64,000 nucleotides of DNA, taken from the NCBI RefSeq assembly GCF_006345805.1, contig NC_042998.1, forward strand, positions 87,482,001 through 87,546,000, given 5' to 3'. The first letter of the stretch is position 1. Each line of letters opens with the position of its first letter. The position numbers and the translations under genes are program-made. This DNA is from Octopus sinensis. Lineage: Eukaryota. Below the pieces are notes generated by a model. It had not been told where the DNA came from. It saw only the letters and a list, made by a program, of their open reading frames with translations, and ran no database searches. Shown here one piece after another: positions 11,341 to 23,018 of this stretch.

Positions 11341-12024
11341 TCTGAATGTCACTACTGTCTAACGGGTCATTGCAAAGACGTGGGTACACATGCACAACGT
11401 GAACACGTTTTTGTGTGTGTATATGAATGGCTTTTGTGCGAGCTGCATTGAAAACAATCTGAACCTCGTGATGCAGTCGTAAACATCTGTATAATTAGAC
11501 TAATTACAAATAGTGCTGGCTCTGTAGAACTGTTGATTTTTATGTAGATTTTTGTTTTAAAAGATGTTTCTATCTTTGGGCTTCTATATAAGCATAAACG
11601 ACAGCATTAGAAGATGGTGATGATGATGCGTCACTTTTGACCTTTGCAGGGTTTCTAAAATTTGTAGTGAATTAAGAGAGAAAGAAACTACATCTCATGG
11701 GTTGCAGCAGTAGAAAGCAGTGATTTAAGATATGGAATTACCCTCTGACTTGGTCTGCATGTAATTGAGTGGACTCCATCAAAAGACTAGCTTATAGTGA
11801 GGGTTTACTCTGCATAAGTGAAGGTTTATCCTGACACACATTAATAATCTCAGAGAGAAACTGAAGCTATGTAATATGTAGGAAATAAAGTAATTGATGT
11901 TTATTAATTAGACCTCTCTCTTTCACAAAAATTTCAGGTTTATTACTTACGCTTTCACCTGAAGGACAGTGAATTGTCGAAATCATTAAAGCGTAAAAAA
12001 AATCTTGTAATATTTGTCCTGGCT

Positions 12025-12750
12025 AAGGCGGCGAGCTGGCAGAAGTGTTAGCACGCCGGGCGAAATGGTTAGCGGTATTTCGTCTGCCGCTACGTTCGGA
12101 GTTCAAATTCCGCTGAGGTCGAGTTTGCCTTTCATCCTTTCGGGGTCGATAAACTAAGTACCAGTTACGCACTGGGGTCGATGTAATCGACTTAATCCAT
12201 TTGTCTGTCCTTGTTTGTCCTCTCTGTGTTTAGCCCCTTGTGGGTAGTAAAGAAATAAGTATTTCATCTGTCTTTCCTTTCTGATTTCAAATTCCGTCGC
12301 GGTCGACTTTGCCTTTCGTTCTTTTGGGGGTCGATAAATTAAGTACCAGTTGCGTACTGAAGTCAATCTAATCGACTAGCCCTCTCCCCCAAAATTTCGG
12401 GTCTTGTGCCTAGAGTAGAAAAGAATATTTGATCTGGCTCTTTACATTCTAAGTTCAAACTCTGCTGAAGTCAGTTTTTCTTTTCATCTTTCTGAGGCCC
12501 ATAAAATACCAGTCATATACCATGGTCGATATAAATGATTAATGCTCTCAACATTACTGGATTTGTTTCTAAGTCAGGAACACCATTAGTATTAACAACA
12601 ATGAATCATTAGAGCGCCGGAAAAAAAAGCTCTGCCGTATTTGTTTCATCTCTTTTATCTGAGTTCAAATCCTGCCAATGTCAACTCAACCTTCCATGCC
12701 TCCAGAATCGATAAAATAAAGGACCAGTATCGACTAAACCACTTCTCCCC
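12025..12750 (+). mobile_element. Head-to-tail cluster of four family C SINE copies; the first (12025-12258) is full length and well conserved
   Basis: aaggcggcgagctggcaga...ggagttcaaattccgctgaggtcgagtttgcctttcatcctttcggggtcgataaa; the core recurs near 12290, 12455 and 12665. Confidence 0.85.
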
Positions 12751-12989
12751 TCGAGAAGTCATGAACGCATCAGACAGTGTATTGTTTACGTTTTTGTTTC
12801 ATATCCGTTAAAGTGTATTTGTATGTAAATACTTCCAATTGTCTTGTAATTATTTTGCATGACACGTAGCCTGAACAAAAAAACAAAAAAAATCCTAACA
12901 AACTGGATTAAGCGAACCAGGACGAGCATATGTGTCACTCCAATTCGGGCAGATATTCCTGTAGTACTTTGCTCAACTTTCTGAGGCAC

Positions 12990-14090
12990 ACGGTAGCCAG
13001 AGACGGTAGTAGAGTTTAATGCTTACCTTGATGGCCTGGCATGGCTCTTAGCGAAAGACCAGTAACAGTAACTGACATACGGTCAGCAGTATCAGGTAAG
13101 AGGGGTAAATCACATTGTATGCTCTATGAACACGTCAGACTCTTTCACCAACGTCTTGACAGACATCTATTGCCGCTGACAGCAGAACGGGATAATCTCT
13201 AGTTCTGTGAGCTGAAAAATTGTGGCGTTGTTGAATAAGGACGAAAACAAGAGGAATATTATAAATGCTTTCTGCAAAATGGTGAGTTTAAGATTATGGC
13301 CAAAGTACTAGCTAAGAGAACCTGGTGCTTGTGGTCGGACTATAAGTTCATGTTGTACATCGTTGAAAGTGTTGGCAGGATAACAATCTTAGGTTCGGTG
13401 GGGCTCTGATTCTTTTGGATCAATCGAAAGCGTTCGATAACTTTGAGAATCGTTACTTAAAGACTGCTTTCAAAACAGACGGTGTCGTTCCGTTTTCAGA
13501 GACTGGATTGCTTTAATGTACAACGGCATCTACACGATGATCAAAGAGCCCAACGATCGAAACCATTTCGAATCCTGAACGTCCTTCGCTATCCTTTCTG
13601 TATTTACCGACTTTTAGGCCAATGCTGCGAGAACTGAAGATGTTATGGGTTATTTCATTTGAACTACAATGCAGGAGAGCTGCACTAGCATATGCAGACG
13701 ACGTCATCGTAAAGGTATTGGACAGTATTGTGGTCAATGTAGTTAGCACGATCGTAATAGAACGTGAGGCAGTGACAGGAACAAAGATTAAACAAGGTCA
13801 ATTTCTAGGCTTGTGGTTAAGCACCTATAGTTCATGATGTCAGAATCGCAGGGCTCATGAGAAATGGACTAGTTTTTGTTTGACTCGCTCTGGGCCTGCA
13901 GGGAGATAGGAATTGGAATAAAATTATGACAAGGATAGACAGTTTTGTGCAGAAATAGGCTGAGGAGAAACTATTCTGAATGGTTGATTAGAAGAATCGG
14001 ACACGTACATCAGATCCTTGTTATATTCCTGTCTGACCGTTGTGCCTTGCTCGAACTTTTGTCTGAAGAGATTGGAGAATCTATTATTTT
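12990..14090 (+). mobile_element. Degenerate L1/Tx1-clade RT pseudogene
   Basis: FKIMAKVLAKR, GALILLDQSKAFD (13418), FRDWIALMY, ALAYADDV (13691), EAVTGTKI...FLGLWL. Many stops and deletions. Confidence 0.75.
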
Positions 14091-14099
14091 GTTTCTTGG

Positions 14100-14430
14100 G
14101 GAAGGGGACGCGTTCCACTGGTCAGTTTAGTTTCTCGTTTCAGATTTCCATCTCTCACCCACAACCAACGTTCTATACTTCGCTTTGTTGCATGAATTGG
14201 CCATGAAATTCATTGTTTTTCCAGCTATTTGTCATGTCCTCCTTCCTTTTGTTCCGGAATTCTCTTACTGTTTCAGTGAGATTTTGGATATTTTTGGTCG
14301 CAAGCAGTATTATTTCTCCACAACGCATAGCATTGAGTGTTTTAATCTCAATTTTGCAGTACGATGGAGTCTTCTGCATTTAACAAACCTCAACCTTCTT
14401 CCTCTCTTGGTTGGTAGAGCCTGTCGATAT
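14100..14430 (-). mobile_element. R4/Dong-clade fragment (post-RT region)
   Basis: IDRLYQPREEEG*GLLNAE (RLYxxRxxGGRGL motif) and SWKNNEFHGQF on the minus strand. Confidence 0.7.
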
Positions 14431-14629
14431 TACTTTTAGGGTGGAGTAGCGTGCATTGAGAGTAACTTCCTACTAGTTATTCTGTTGTTTTGTTTTGCCT
14501 ATTTCATTTTTTTCTGTGTTAATTTACTAGAGCAAGAAACTCCTCGCCTTCAAGTAATGATAACAATTTTGTAGTTGTTTTGTTGTTTTCACGATTCCTT
14601 CCCGGTAAACATTCACAAGATTTCCGTTA

Positions 14630-14662
<33 letters not shown>

Positions 14663-15016
14663 ACAAGCATTATGAATCCCTTATCTCTTTTAATTTGTCT
14701 TCTGCCTTTCTCTTCATCTTATTTAGCTTAACTATTAATTAATTAAAGCCTAGATTTTCTTTAAGGTTTTTTTTTCCTGACAGACACAACCAAAAATATT
14801 GTTTTTATTCTATCAACATGGTCACTTCTAATGATGATGATGATTTGTTGTAGATATTCTGTTGTTCTGGCACCGAGTTTAAATTCTGCCGAGGTCAACT
14901 TTGCTTTTCATTCTTTCGGGGTCGATCAGATAAGTAAGAGTTGAGTACTGGGGGTGATATAATCAACTTACCCCCTCTCCTGAAATTGCTGGCCTTGTGC
15001 CAAACTTATTATTATT

Positions 15017-15559
15017 GAGTGAGAGAGCAGTGCTTGCCATCAAAGTGACACTGGAGTAAAATATACGAAGCCCAGTATACCCATCATGACTACCCGTCTG
15101 ATAAGGGTACACTAGGTACATGCATCACAACCATATGTGCGCGACATGGTGAACTCATATCAAGATAAACAGTGCATGACCTTGCAGGTGGGGCCCAGTT
15201 AGAATTTTCTTCAGGTCGAGTGGCTCATCCCGCTCAAAAGGTCCTTGAATAAGGGTTGTTTGAGGATGAACGAGACACTCGTGTTTCCAGAGGTGAATTA
15301 TTCAAACCCCTTAGAATTCCTCTCAACATATAGCTATGAGGCTCCCCACTACTTCTGCTCATGGTCAGAGATGCACATATCGTCAGCCACTAAGCTCAAC
15401 TGGTTAAGGTCAAACAAATGACAAGCAAATTTGTGGCATTGAGTAGAATATTTGCTGTAGCCCATCTTTTATTCCAAGACAAAACAATGTACACGATTAC
15501 ACTTCCTGTCAGTTAAGATTAGCAGCCATGAGAGCCAATGCCTAGTACTGCATCAGGTC

Positions 15560-15561
<2 letters not shown>
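15017..15561 (-). mobile_element. Non-coding ~545-bp repeat (element D, copy 1) flanked by (TTA)n on both sides
   Basis: High identity over its whole length to 21222-21760 and to the reverse complement of 27840-28359. No ORF. Same termini in all three copies. Confidence 0.85.
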
Positions 15562-15613
<52 letters not shown>

Positions 15614-15614
<1 letters not shown>

Positions 15615-15909
15615 TCTTTTTATCACAGGTTTTGTTGGAACTCCTGGAGTCTTGACTGCGTAGCGGGCTTACTACCTGCAACCTACAGTACCATGTTATT
15701 CGTTGTTTTCATCTCTCTAATACTTTCCTGATTATTCTGGCCGTGTCAACAAGGCAAACCTTTTGTAACAGTTCTACTAGGCACTCTATTCCAATTTCCA
15801 TTATATTCCTCTTGATGCCTTCTGATAATGCTCTCGAGGACCCAACAATAATTGGCAGTCTTCACGTTCTTCATTTTCCATAGCCAGGCTATTTTGTACT
15901 TAAGAGGAT

Positions 15910-16000
<91 letters not shown>

Positions 16001-16740
16001 TCGCCTTCCTTCTTGACTATTCATCGGTCGAAAGGGCATATAACATCAACTATATAGTATTTGTGGTGCACTTTGTCCACCACCATTAAGTCCGGTCTGT
16101 TATGCTCTAGCACCTGATCAGTTTGGATTGAGAAATCCCAGAGGATTTTGCTAGTCTCCGGCTCCCCCACTCTACGTTTTGTGCTCATACCACGTCTTGC
16201 CTCTCTCTAGCCCTCAGTTTTCGCACAGTTTCCAATGTAGCACTTTTGCTACCTGGTCGTGTCGCCATAACTTGTAATGGCTTTGGGCAAGTCTTGGGCA
16301 TTTGTTCGTGATATGGGCAGTAGTTTCATCCACTGTATTGCAAATGTGACACAACGGAGATACTTGCTCATTCCTAAGGTTGACCCTCCAGTTCGTGGCC
16401 AAAGCTTGGTCTTGCGCTGCCAGTGTAGTGCTGTCGGTCTCTTTTTTAGGGTTCCTTTCATTAGCCAATCCCATCTATTTTTTCCAGAAACTTCTGTTCT
16501 GGCTACATGGAATTGATTGTGTAGTCTCTTCTTGTGTAATTTTTCTTCATGTCTTTTTATACTTCTTCCTTTATTTTTCACTTTTTCTCTGCTCTCAATA
16601 TTCCCTCGTTCCTAACAGTCACAAGCAAAGTTCCTTTACTTTGGGCTAGGTATCTCATTAAGCTCTCGAGTTCGATACGCAAGCAGTCTTCCACACTTAT
16701 CAGACCCATTCCTCCAGTTGCTTTCTTCATGTATAGGCTA
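15614..16740 (-). mobile_element. 5'-truncated R4/Dong-type RLE retrotransposon inside a (TAA)n tract
   Basis: KKETDSTTLAAQDQAL, a CCHC knuckle CHICNTVDETTAHITNKC...RHDQVAKVLHWKLC, and the RLE end LPIIVG...LLQKVCLVDTARIIRKVLER* (stop at 15709-15711). (TTA)n at 15562-15613 and 16741-16795. Confidence 0.9.
15911..15998. repeat. (TCTA)n/(GATA)n microsatellite inside the Dong endonuclease coding region
   Basis: About 22 units of tcta, interrupting the E-K-x-x-K-Y motif. Confidence 0.95.
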
Positions 16741-16795
<55 letters not shown>

Positions 16796-16797
<2 letters not shown>

Positions 16798-17228
16798 GGT
16801 GGCGAGCTGGAAGAGTCGTTAGCATGCTGGACGAAATGTTTAGCGATATTTCGCACGCCGTTACGTTCTCTGTTCAAATTCCGCCGAGGTCTACTTTACC
16901 TTTCATCCTTTCGGGGTTGATAAAATGAGTACCAGTTGAGCACTAGGGTCGATGTAATCGACTATTCCCCCCCCCCCCCCGCAAATTTCAGGTCTTGTGC
17001 ATATAACAGAAAGGATTACTATTATTATTATTATAACACTGGCAGAATCGTTAGCACGCCGGGCGAAATGCTTAGTGATATTTCGTCTGTCGCTACGTTC
17101 TGAGTTCAGATTCCTTTCGGGGTGGATAAATTTAAGTGCCAGTGAGACTGAGTTCGATGTAATCGACTAGTTCCCTGCCCCAAAGCCTTTAGTTATACTA
17201 AAGGCTTTGTGCTTTAGTAGAAAAGATT
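16796..17228 (+). mobile_element. Two tandem family C SINEs separated and flanked by (TTA)n
   Basis: aaggtggcgagctggaagagtcgttagc... and actggcagaatcgttagcacgccgggcg... Confidence 0.85.
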
Positions 17229-17247
17229 ATAATTATTATTATTATTG

Positions 17248-19035
17248 CTAAAAATTTGGTAGTGTCAGACAGATTTCTGCTGCATCACCTGATACACCTC
17301 AATGGTGCAGGGGTGTGTGCAGCATTGTGTATTATTTTATTGTTGTTGGGAGAGTGCAAACTTTTCCCGGTATTGTATTACGTCAGTTTCTTTTGTTATG
17401 GAGGTCTGGTGTAGCCTTTCGATATATTAGTGTATGTATAGTATGTTGTGGGTGTAGTGCGCTGGATACCTAGCCTGTGGCTGGTTGTTTATTTTATTGG
17501 ATATTTGCTATATAGAGTGTGGATTGTTTCGTTTGGGTTGTATTATTGAAATAATAATCCTGCATAGGCTGTGGGCTGTTCCTAGCAGGGCTATTTTTCG
17601 GATTAGTGTATAGTTTTGAGGGTCAAGGTATAGTTTCTACGTTTTATGTTCATGATTTTTTAAAATCATACCCAATGCTCCAGTTGTTACTGGTATTGTT
17701 TTCATTTTCATGCCTCACATCTTGAATGCTTCAATTTCGAGGTCTTTGTACTTTGACAATTTCCCCACTTCTTTTTGGGCAATATTTTGGTCAGAAGGGA
17801 CTACAATGTCTATCAATAAGCAAGTGCTTTTATTCCAATCCTTGATTATTATACCTGGGCGATTAGCTTTCATTTCTCTGCCAGTTTGAACAGGCATATC
17901 GCAGATGATCATGGCTTGGTCGTTGTCATGTACCTTATTTGACACATGTTTATACCATCTATTGTCAGTTTTCGTGTTGTAGTGTTGGAATATTGTTGAG
18001 TGGATATAACTACTTACTCGTTCCTGTCTGTATATATACTCAGATTTGGCAAGGACTGGGCAGCCAAAAATGATGTAGTCAACTGTCTCATTGTGCTGGT
18101 TGCACATTCTGCAATTGATGTTAGGGCCTGTTTCCATTATTTTGTTTTTTGAGTTGTTTGTAGTCAGGCATTAATCTTGTGCAGTGAGAATCAATCCTTC
18201 CATTTCAGCAATACTTCTGCTCACTTCTTCTCTGTCAAATCTTGTAGGTATTGGCTATGAAGTGATTTTTCTCTCCATTTCTTCTTTAGTATGTGTTGCA
18301 GTTTTGTTTTCATGTTTTTTTTTGTCTCTTAACCATTCCTGCCATGTTGTCATCTGAGATCAGTGTATCAGTGTAGTTTGTTTCTGTTTTATATTTTGTC
18401 ACCTGTTGCTTTATTACAGATACCAGTCTTCTACTTTTTGTTTCTAAGTACTTTTCTAGTCCAACTGTTGTTATTTTATGATAGTTCTCTATCTGTGCCA
18501 GGTCTCCTTCTGAGCGGGGTAGATATATTCAGCCTGTGTCTGTTTTTGGTGGTGACGTCGATATGCTATTAATAGTTTTCTGGTCTTTCTATCTGTTTCT
18601 CAATTCACTGATCTTCCAGTTTATTATATTGAAGCTGTAATTTATGACTGATATGACTAACGTATATATCCCTATTATCTTATTTTTAGCATTGAATTCA
18701 GTGTTTAATATTAGTCTAACTCTTCTGTATACTCTCTCCAAATTTTCTTTTTCCTTTCTCTGTAGTATTATAGCTCGTTCGTCTATTCCTAGATATTTGT
18801 ATGGGCGATTGTGGCCTAATTCTCTGATTTCTGTGTCTATATCGAGTGCAGTGTTTTCAGTACTGATTAATTTGCCTCCTCTTAGTATCACTTTGGCACA
18901 TTTTCCCAGCCCCATGCTCATCCCGATGTCTTTGCTAAAACTATGGACAATTTTTAGAAGGTTACGAAAAGCTGTCTCTGCTTTCTCAATATTTCCTCCA
19001 AGAAAAGGAGAAAAAAAGTTGACGTGCATATGTCT
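17248..19035 (-). mobile_element. R4/Dong-type retrotransposon, 3' half (RT thumb, CCHC, RLE, 3' UTR)
   Basis: IVHSFSKDIGMSMGLGKCAKV...YKYLGI...NAKNKIIGIYTLVISVINYSFNIINW; CRMCNQHNETVDYIIFGC; ANRPGIIIKD...LLIDIVVPSDQNIAQKEVGKLSKYKDL; IPVTTGALG. (TTA)n at the 3' flank. Confidence 0.9.
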
Positions 19036-19089
19036 CACGAAAACAGGAGCGGTCCTTTTGTATGCCCTCTAAAAATGAACTGAAATATA

Positions 19090-19900
19090 CACCAGCCAAT
19101 GAATGGGGCAGTATTTTGTCTAGTGAATGAAGCAAAACGCTCAGGACTGTCTACCCGGGACTGAGGACGAAGCGAAGGGTCAAGCTGAAGTAGCAAGATC
19201 CATACTCGTGTTTAAGGTACGTGGGTCACTGCAACACAAAGATGGTAGTGAGGGGAATTGCCAGAAGCGTTGTAGAGCAGTGTCGGTGAGACAAGAGATA
19301 CAAAGTATCAAGGAACAATATGTAGTTACACGTGTAAGTGTGGACTTGCAAGTCCTTACCACCACACATAGCCACAAAGCTATTCTAGTTGTGGGCGCCG
19401 AAATATGATCAGTGAAGCTGACAGTAGAAGGCAGAAAGCCCAGCTGTTTTAATTATGGAAACAAGAGCTACTTGAGGACGTTCTTTCCTTAAGATTTAAG
19501 AAAAAAAAAATAACAGCAAGACCGGGATCCAGAGGCTACCGTGCCGACAACACCATCAGTCAAAGCTTCGGAACTGGCGGAAAATATTACATCGTTTTCG
19601 GTTCTAGAAGTTGACCAGGAAACCGAGGAATCCATCTTTCCATCCATAGCCTGCGTTGACAGGGAAAAGGAGATAAAGGATAAGGTGTATCCACAGTAAC
19701 AGTAATAAACCCATCGTTATAAAATAAATCCAAAGCAGCACAACTTTATCGTCGTGCAACGAGTGGGGTTGGTGATGGTTGCGGAGAAAGGTTTTCTTAT
19801 TGTAAAAGGGAAACACAGAAAGAAATCCACTAAAAAGAGAGATAAAGGTCAATAGGAAACAACGAAAACAATTGAGGAGGCACGATCTCCTTAAAACGAC
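19090..19900 (-). mobile_element. Highly degenerate LINE remnant, probably CR1/L2/Jockey group
   Basis: Weak minus-strand motifs RPQLE (post-RT) and TITNPTR...ALDLF (end of an APE domain). More GC-rich than its flanks. Confidence 0.35.
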
Positions 19901-20201
19901 CTTTTTAGGATAATGATAAAGAGGATAACAAAGTGATTGATGCAGAGGCGTAGAGTAGGTTTTGCCTGTTCTGTGCCAAAATTGTCCGTTCTTTCTTTAG
20001 ACGTAACAGACCGACTATAGCAAACACTCGTATATAAAAAGATCATCCTGAGCGGGCGGCATGTTTTGTGCACCCAACGCGAAGCTACGAGGTGGATGTG
20101 GTGCCAATGATGGAAAGAAAATACGGACATCTCAGACATTGTCCACTTAACCATTTGCAGATCTAAATAAATGTATAAAATGATAACTAAATCACACACA
20201 G

Positions 20202-20330
<129 letters not shown>

Positions 20331-20703
20331 ATCATTTAAAAGTTTAACCAGTAGAATAAATAGAGAATAATCTTTCCATTCTACTTAAGCAAATACTATT
20401 CAGATGAAAGCACAATTTCATGTGAATAGTCTCCACCGAGTTGCATGTGAAGAAAATAGGTTTATTCATCTATCATGTGACATAACATGAAATTTTACTC
20501 GCAGTTAACTTTAGTCGCTCGATTTTATATTGCGTGATGCATTAGTTTACTAAATAGTGGGAACTAACCGTAAGAGATTTCAGATATTTCAGGTCTTTTT
20601 CCGAATAACTATTGAACGTTAAGAAGCTGGCTGGGTTTCTTTGCAGATCGTTAAATCTGAATTAAGACGCTTAAAATTATAAATATACTAGCTCACTTAT
20701 TCA

Positions 20704-20817
<114 letters not shown>

Positions 20818-21221
20818 ATTTATGTATGTATAATACAAAGTATTATATATGTACACACACACATGCACATACGCACAATAAAATCCACAATGTTCGTACT
20901 TACGTATATTGTATGTGTATGCATGTAATTTATTGCAGGTTGCATAAATACATATTTCCTGTTCGCACGAAACACATCGATCTGAAAACAGGATTGAAAT
21001 AGAAATCAACGAATGAAAGGATATGATGACTGCATCTACAGCTTCGTGTGTAATCGAAGAATTTCCACTCAAATTGTTTAAATGTGTTCTAGTGAAGCGT
21101 ACGCGTTCGTAATCGTACCTACACATAAGTTTTCGGTTGCAGTGGTAATGAGAAAATTTCTCTTTTTAAAAATGTAGGGGAATATGACCCTGAGCATTAT
21201 ACCTTAATTATTATTATTATT

Positions 21222-21758
21222 GAATGAGAGAGCAGTACATGCCATCAAAGTGACACTGGGGTTAAAGTTTACGAAGCTCAGTACACCCATCATGACTACC
21301 CGTCTGATGAGGGTACATGAGGCACATGCATCACAACCATATGTGCGCGACATGGTGATCTCATATCAAGATAACAAATGCATTACCTCGCAGGTGGGGC
21401 CCAATTAGAATTTTCTTCAGGTCGAGTAGCCCATCCCGCTCAAAAGTCCCTGAATAAGGGTTGTTTAAGGACGTTGAGCAAAACGCCCATGTTTCCAAAA
21501 GTAAATTATTCACCCCCACCTCACCACAATTCCACAACGACTTCTGCTCACTATCAGAGATGCACATATTGTCAGTCACTAAGGGACATGGTCAACTGGT
21601 TAAGGTCAAACAACTGACAAGCAAATCAGTGGTATTAAGTAGAAGATTTGCTGTAGCCCATTTTTTTTTATACCAAGACAAAACAATGTACATGATAACA
21701 CTTCCAATCAGTTAAGATCAGAAGCCACGAGCGCCACTGCCTGGCACTGCATCAGTGC

Positions 21759-21760
<2 letters not shown>
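21222..21760 (-). mobile_element. Element D, copy 2
   Basis: Aligns end to end with 15017-15561. (TTA)n on the left, (AAT)n on the right. Confidence 0.85.
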
Positions 21761-21806
<46 letters not shown>

Positions 21807-22106
21807 GGGAATGATAGCAAAAGGGGCTGATTGCTACCTAACTCAGATACTAGGAAACCCCAAAATGGCAGAAATTCAAAAGATAGTGCTCATGGGAACT
21901 GCTCATATCCTACGCAAAATACTTTCTATGTAATCTAAGGTTTAAAACAAACATTTTTTTTAGACATCCACTAGTACAACACAAAAAACAACCAAATATA
22001 TGGCACACTAGGCATAACAACAACGTGAACTTCCAACCTGTTGTCTCTTTAGGTCTCTTGGTGAGACTTGGAGCCAACTTGTACAAATATAAAGCAAAAG
22101 TCAAAC

Positions 22107-22108
<2 letters not shown>
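21807..22108 (+). mobile_element. Short 3' fragment of an R4/Dong family between two (AAT)n tracts
   Basis: GMIAKGADCYLTQILGNPKMAEIQKIVLMGTAHILRKILSM* (stop at 21931-21933), a 3' UTR, then (AAT)n. Confidence 0.85.
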
Positions 22109-22157
<49 letters not shown>

Positions 22158-22181
22158 TAATAATAATAATAATAATAATAA

Positions 22182-22660
22182 GATATTGTTGTGAAAGACA
22201 AAAACAATAAAGTTTGCTTATTGATCGACATGAGCATCCCTTGTGATCATAATATCTCGGCGAAAGAGTTTGACAAGCTCAGAAAATATAAAGACCTGCT
22301 CATTGAAATTGAGAAAATGTGGCATCTCAAGGCGGTTACAATACCAGTAATCGTAGGAGCACTAGGAATGATCAAGAAGGGAACCGAAAATTATATGAGA
22401 ATGATCCATTGCTTACCATCCCTGCAAGAAGTGCAAAAGATTGTCTTAACTGGTACATCACACGTATTGAGAAGAGCATTGTCGCTGTGAGAGCTGTTAC
22501 TGCCCATGTATTTTAATTTAACCTTAAAAAAAAAAAAATGAACGAACTATTGAGTTTGGTTTAATGGCCTACCAATGTATACTATGAGTTTCTTTGCCCT
22601 AGGAGTCGGGAAGACACATGGCAAGAAATGGAAGCAAATTTGAAAGAAGAAGAAAAAAAT
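22182..22660 (+). mobile_element. 3' fragment of another R4/Dong family (RLE domain plus 3' UTR)
   Basis: DIVVKDKNNKVCLLIDMSIPCDHNISAKEFDKLRKYKDL...IPVIVGALG...VQKIVLTGTSHVLRRALSL*, open to 22490. Starts directly after (AAT)n. Confidence 0.9.
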
Positions 22661-22852
22661 AATAATATTAATAAAATTTATAATCATCATCATCATCATC
22701 ATCATCATCATTATTATTATTATTATTAGTGACCCGGTGTTTTCTTATCTATCTTTTTACAAAGCCCCGAGCAGTGTATTCTTAGCACATCTACATATAG
22801 ATATAATGGTTTTAAGTTCTCTCCTGTCCAAAGAATCTGTATATATCTGGAA

Positions 22853-23018
22853 CAGTAGCGTAGCTAGAAGGATGATGGGGACGATCTACCCCGGGCAGTA
22901 CTCTTATGGGGATGGCATTCTAAAGTCTGCAGTATAAACCTGTAGAGGGACAGATGGGGTCAAGGACGGTAACTCCAATAGCTGCCTCCAGTCAGCTCAC
23001 ACGCTAGATACGCCACTG
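22853..23018. mobile_element. 166-bp hAT-type MITE
   Basis: 15-bp TIRs cagtagcgtagctag / ctagatacgccactg (2 mismatches). Perfect 8-bp TSD ATCTGGAA at 22845-22852 and 23019-23026. Confidence 0.9.
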
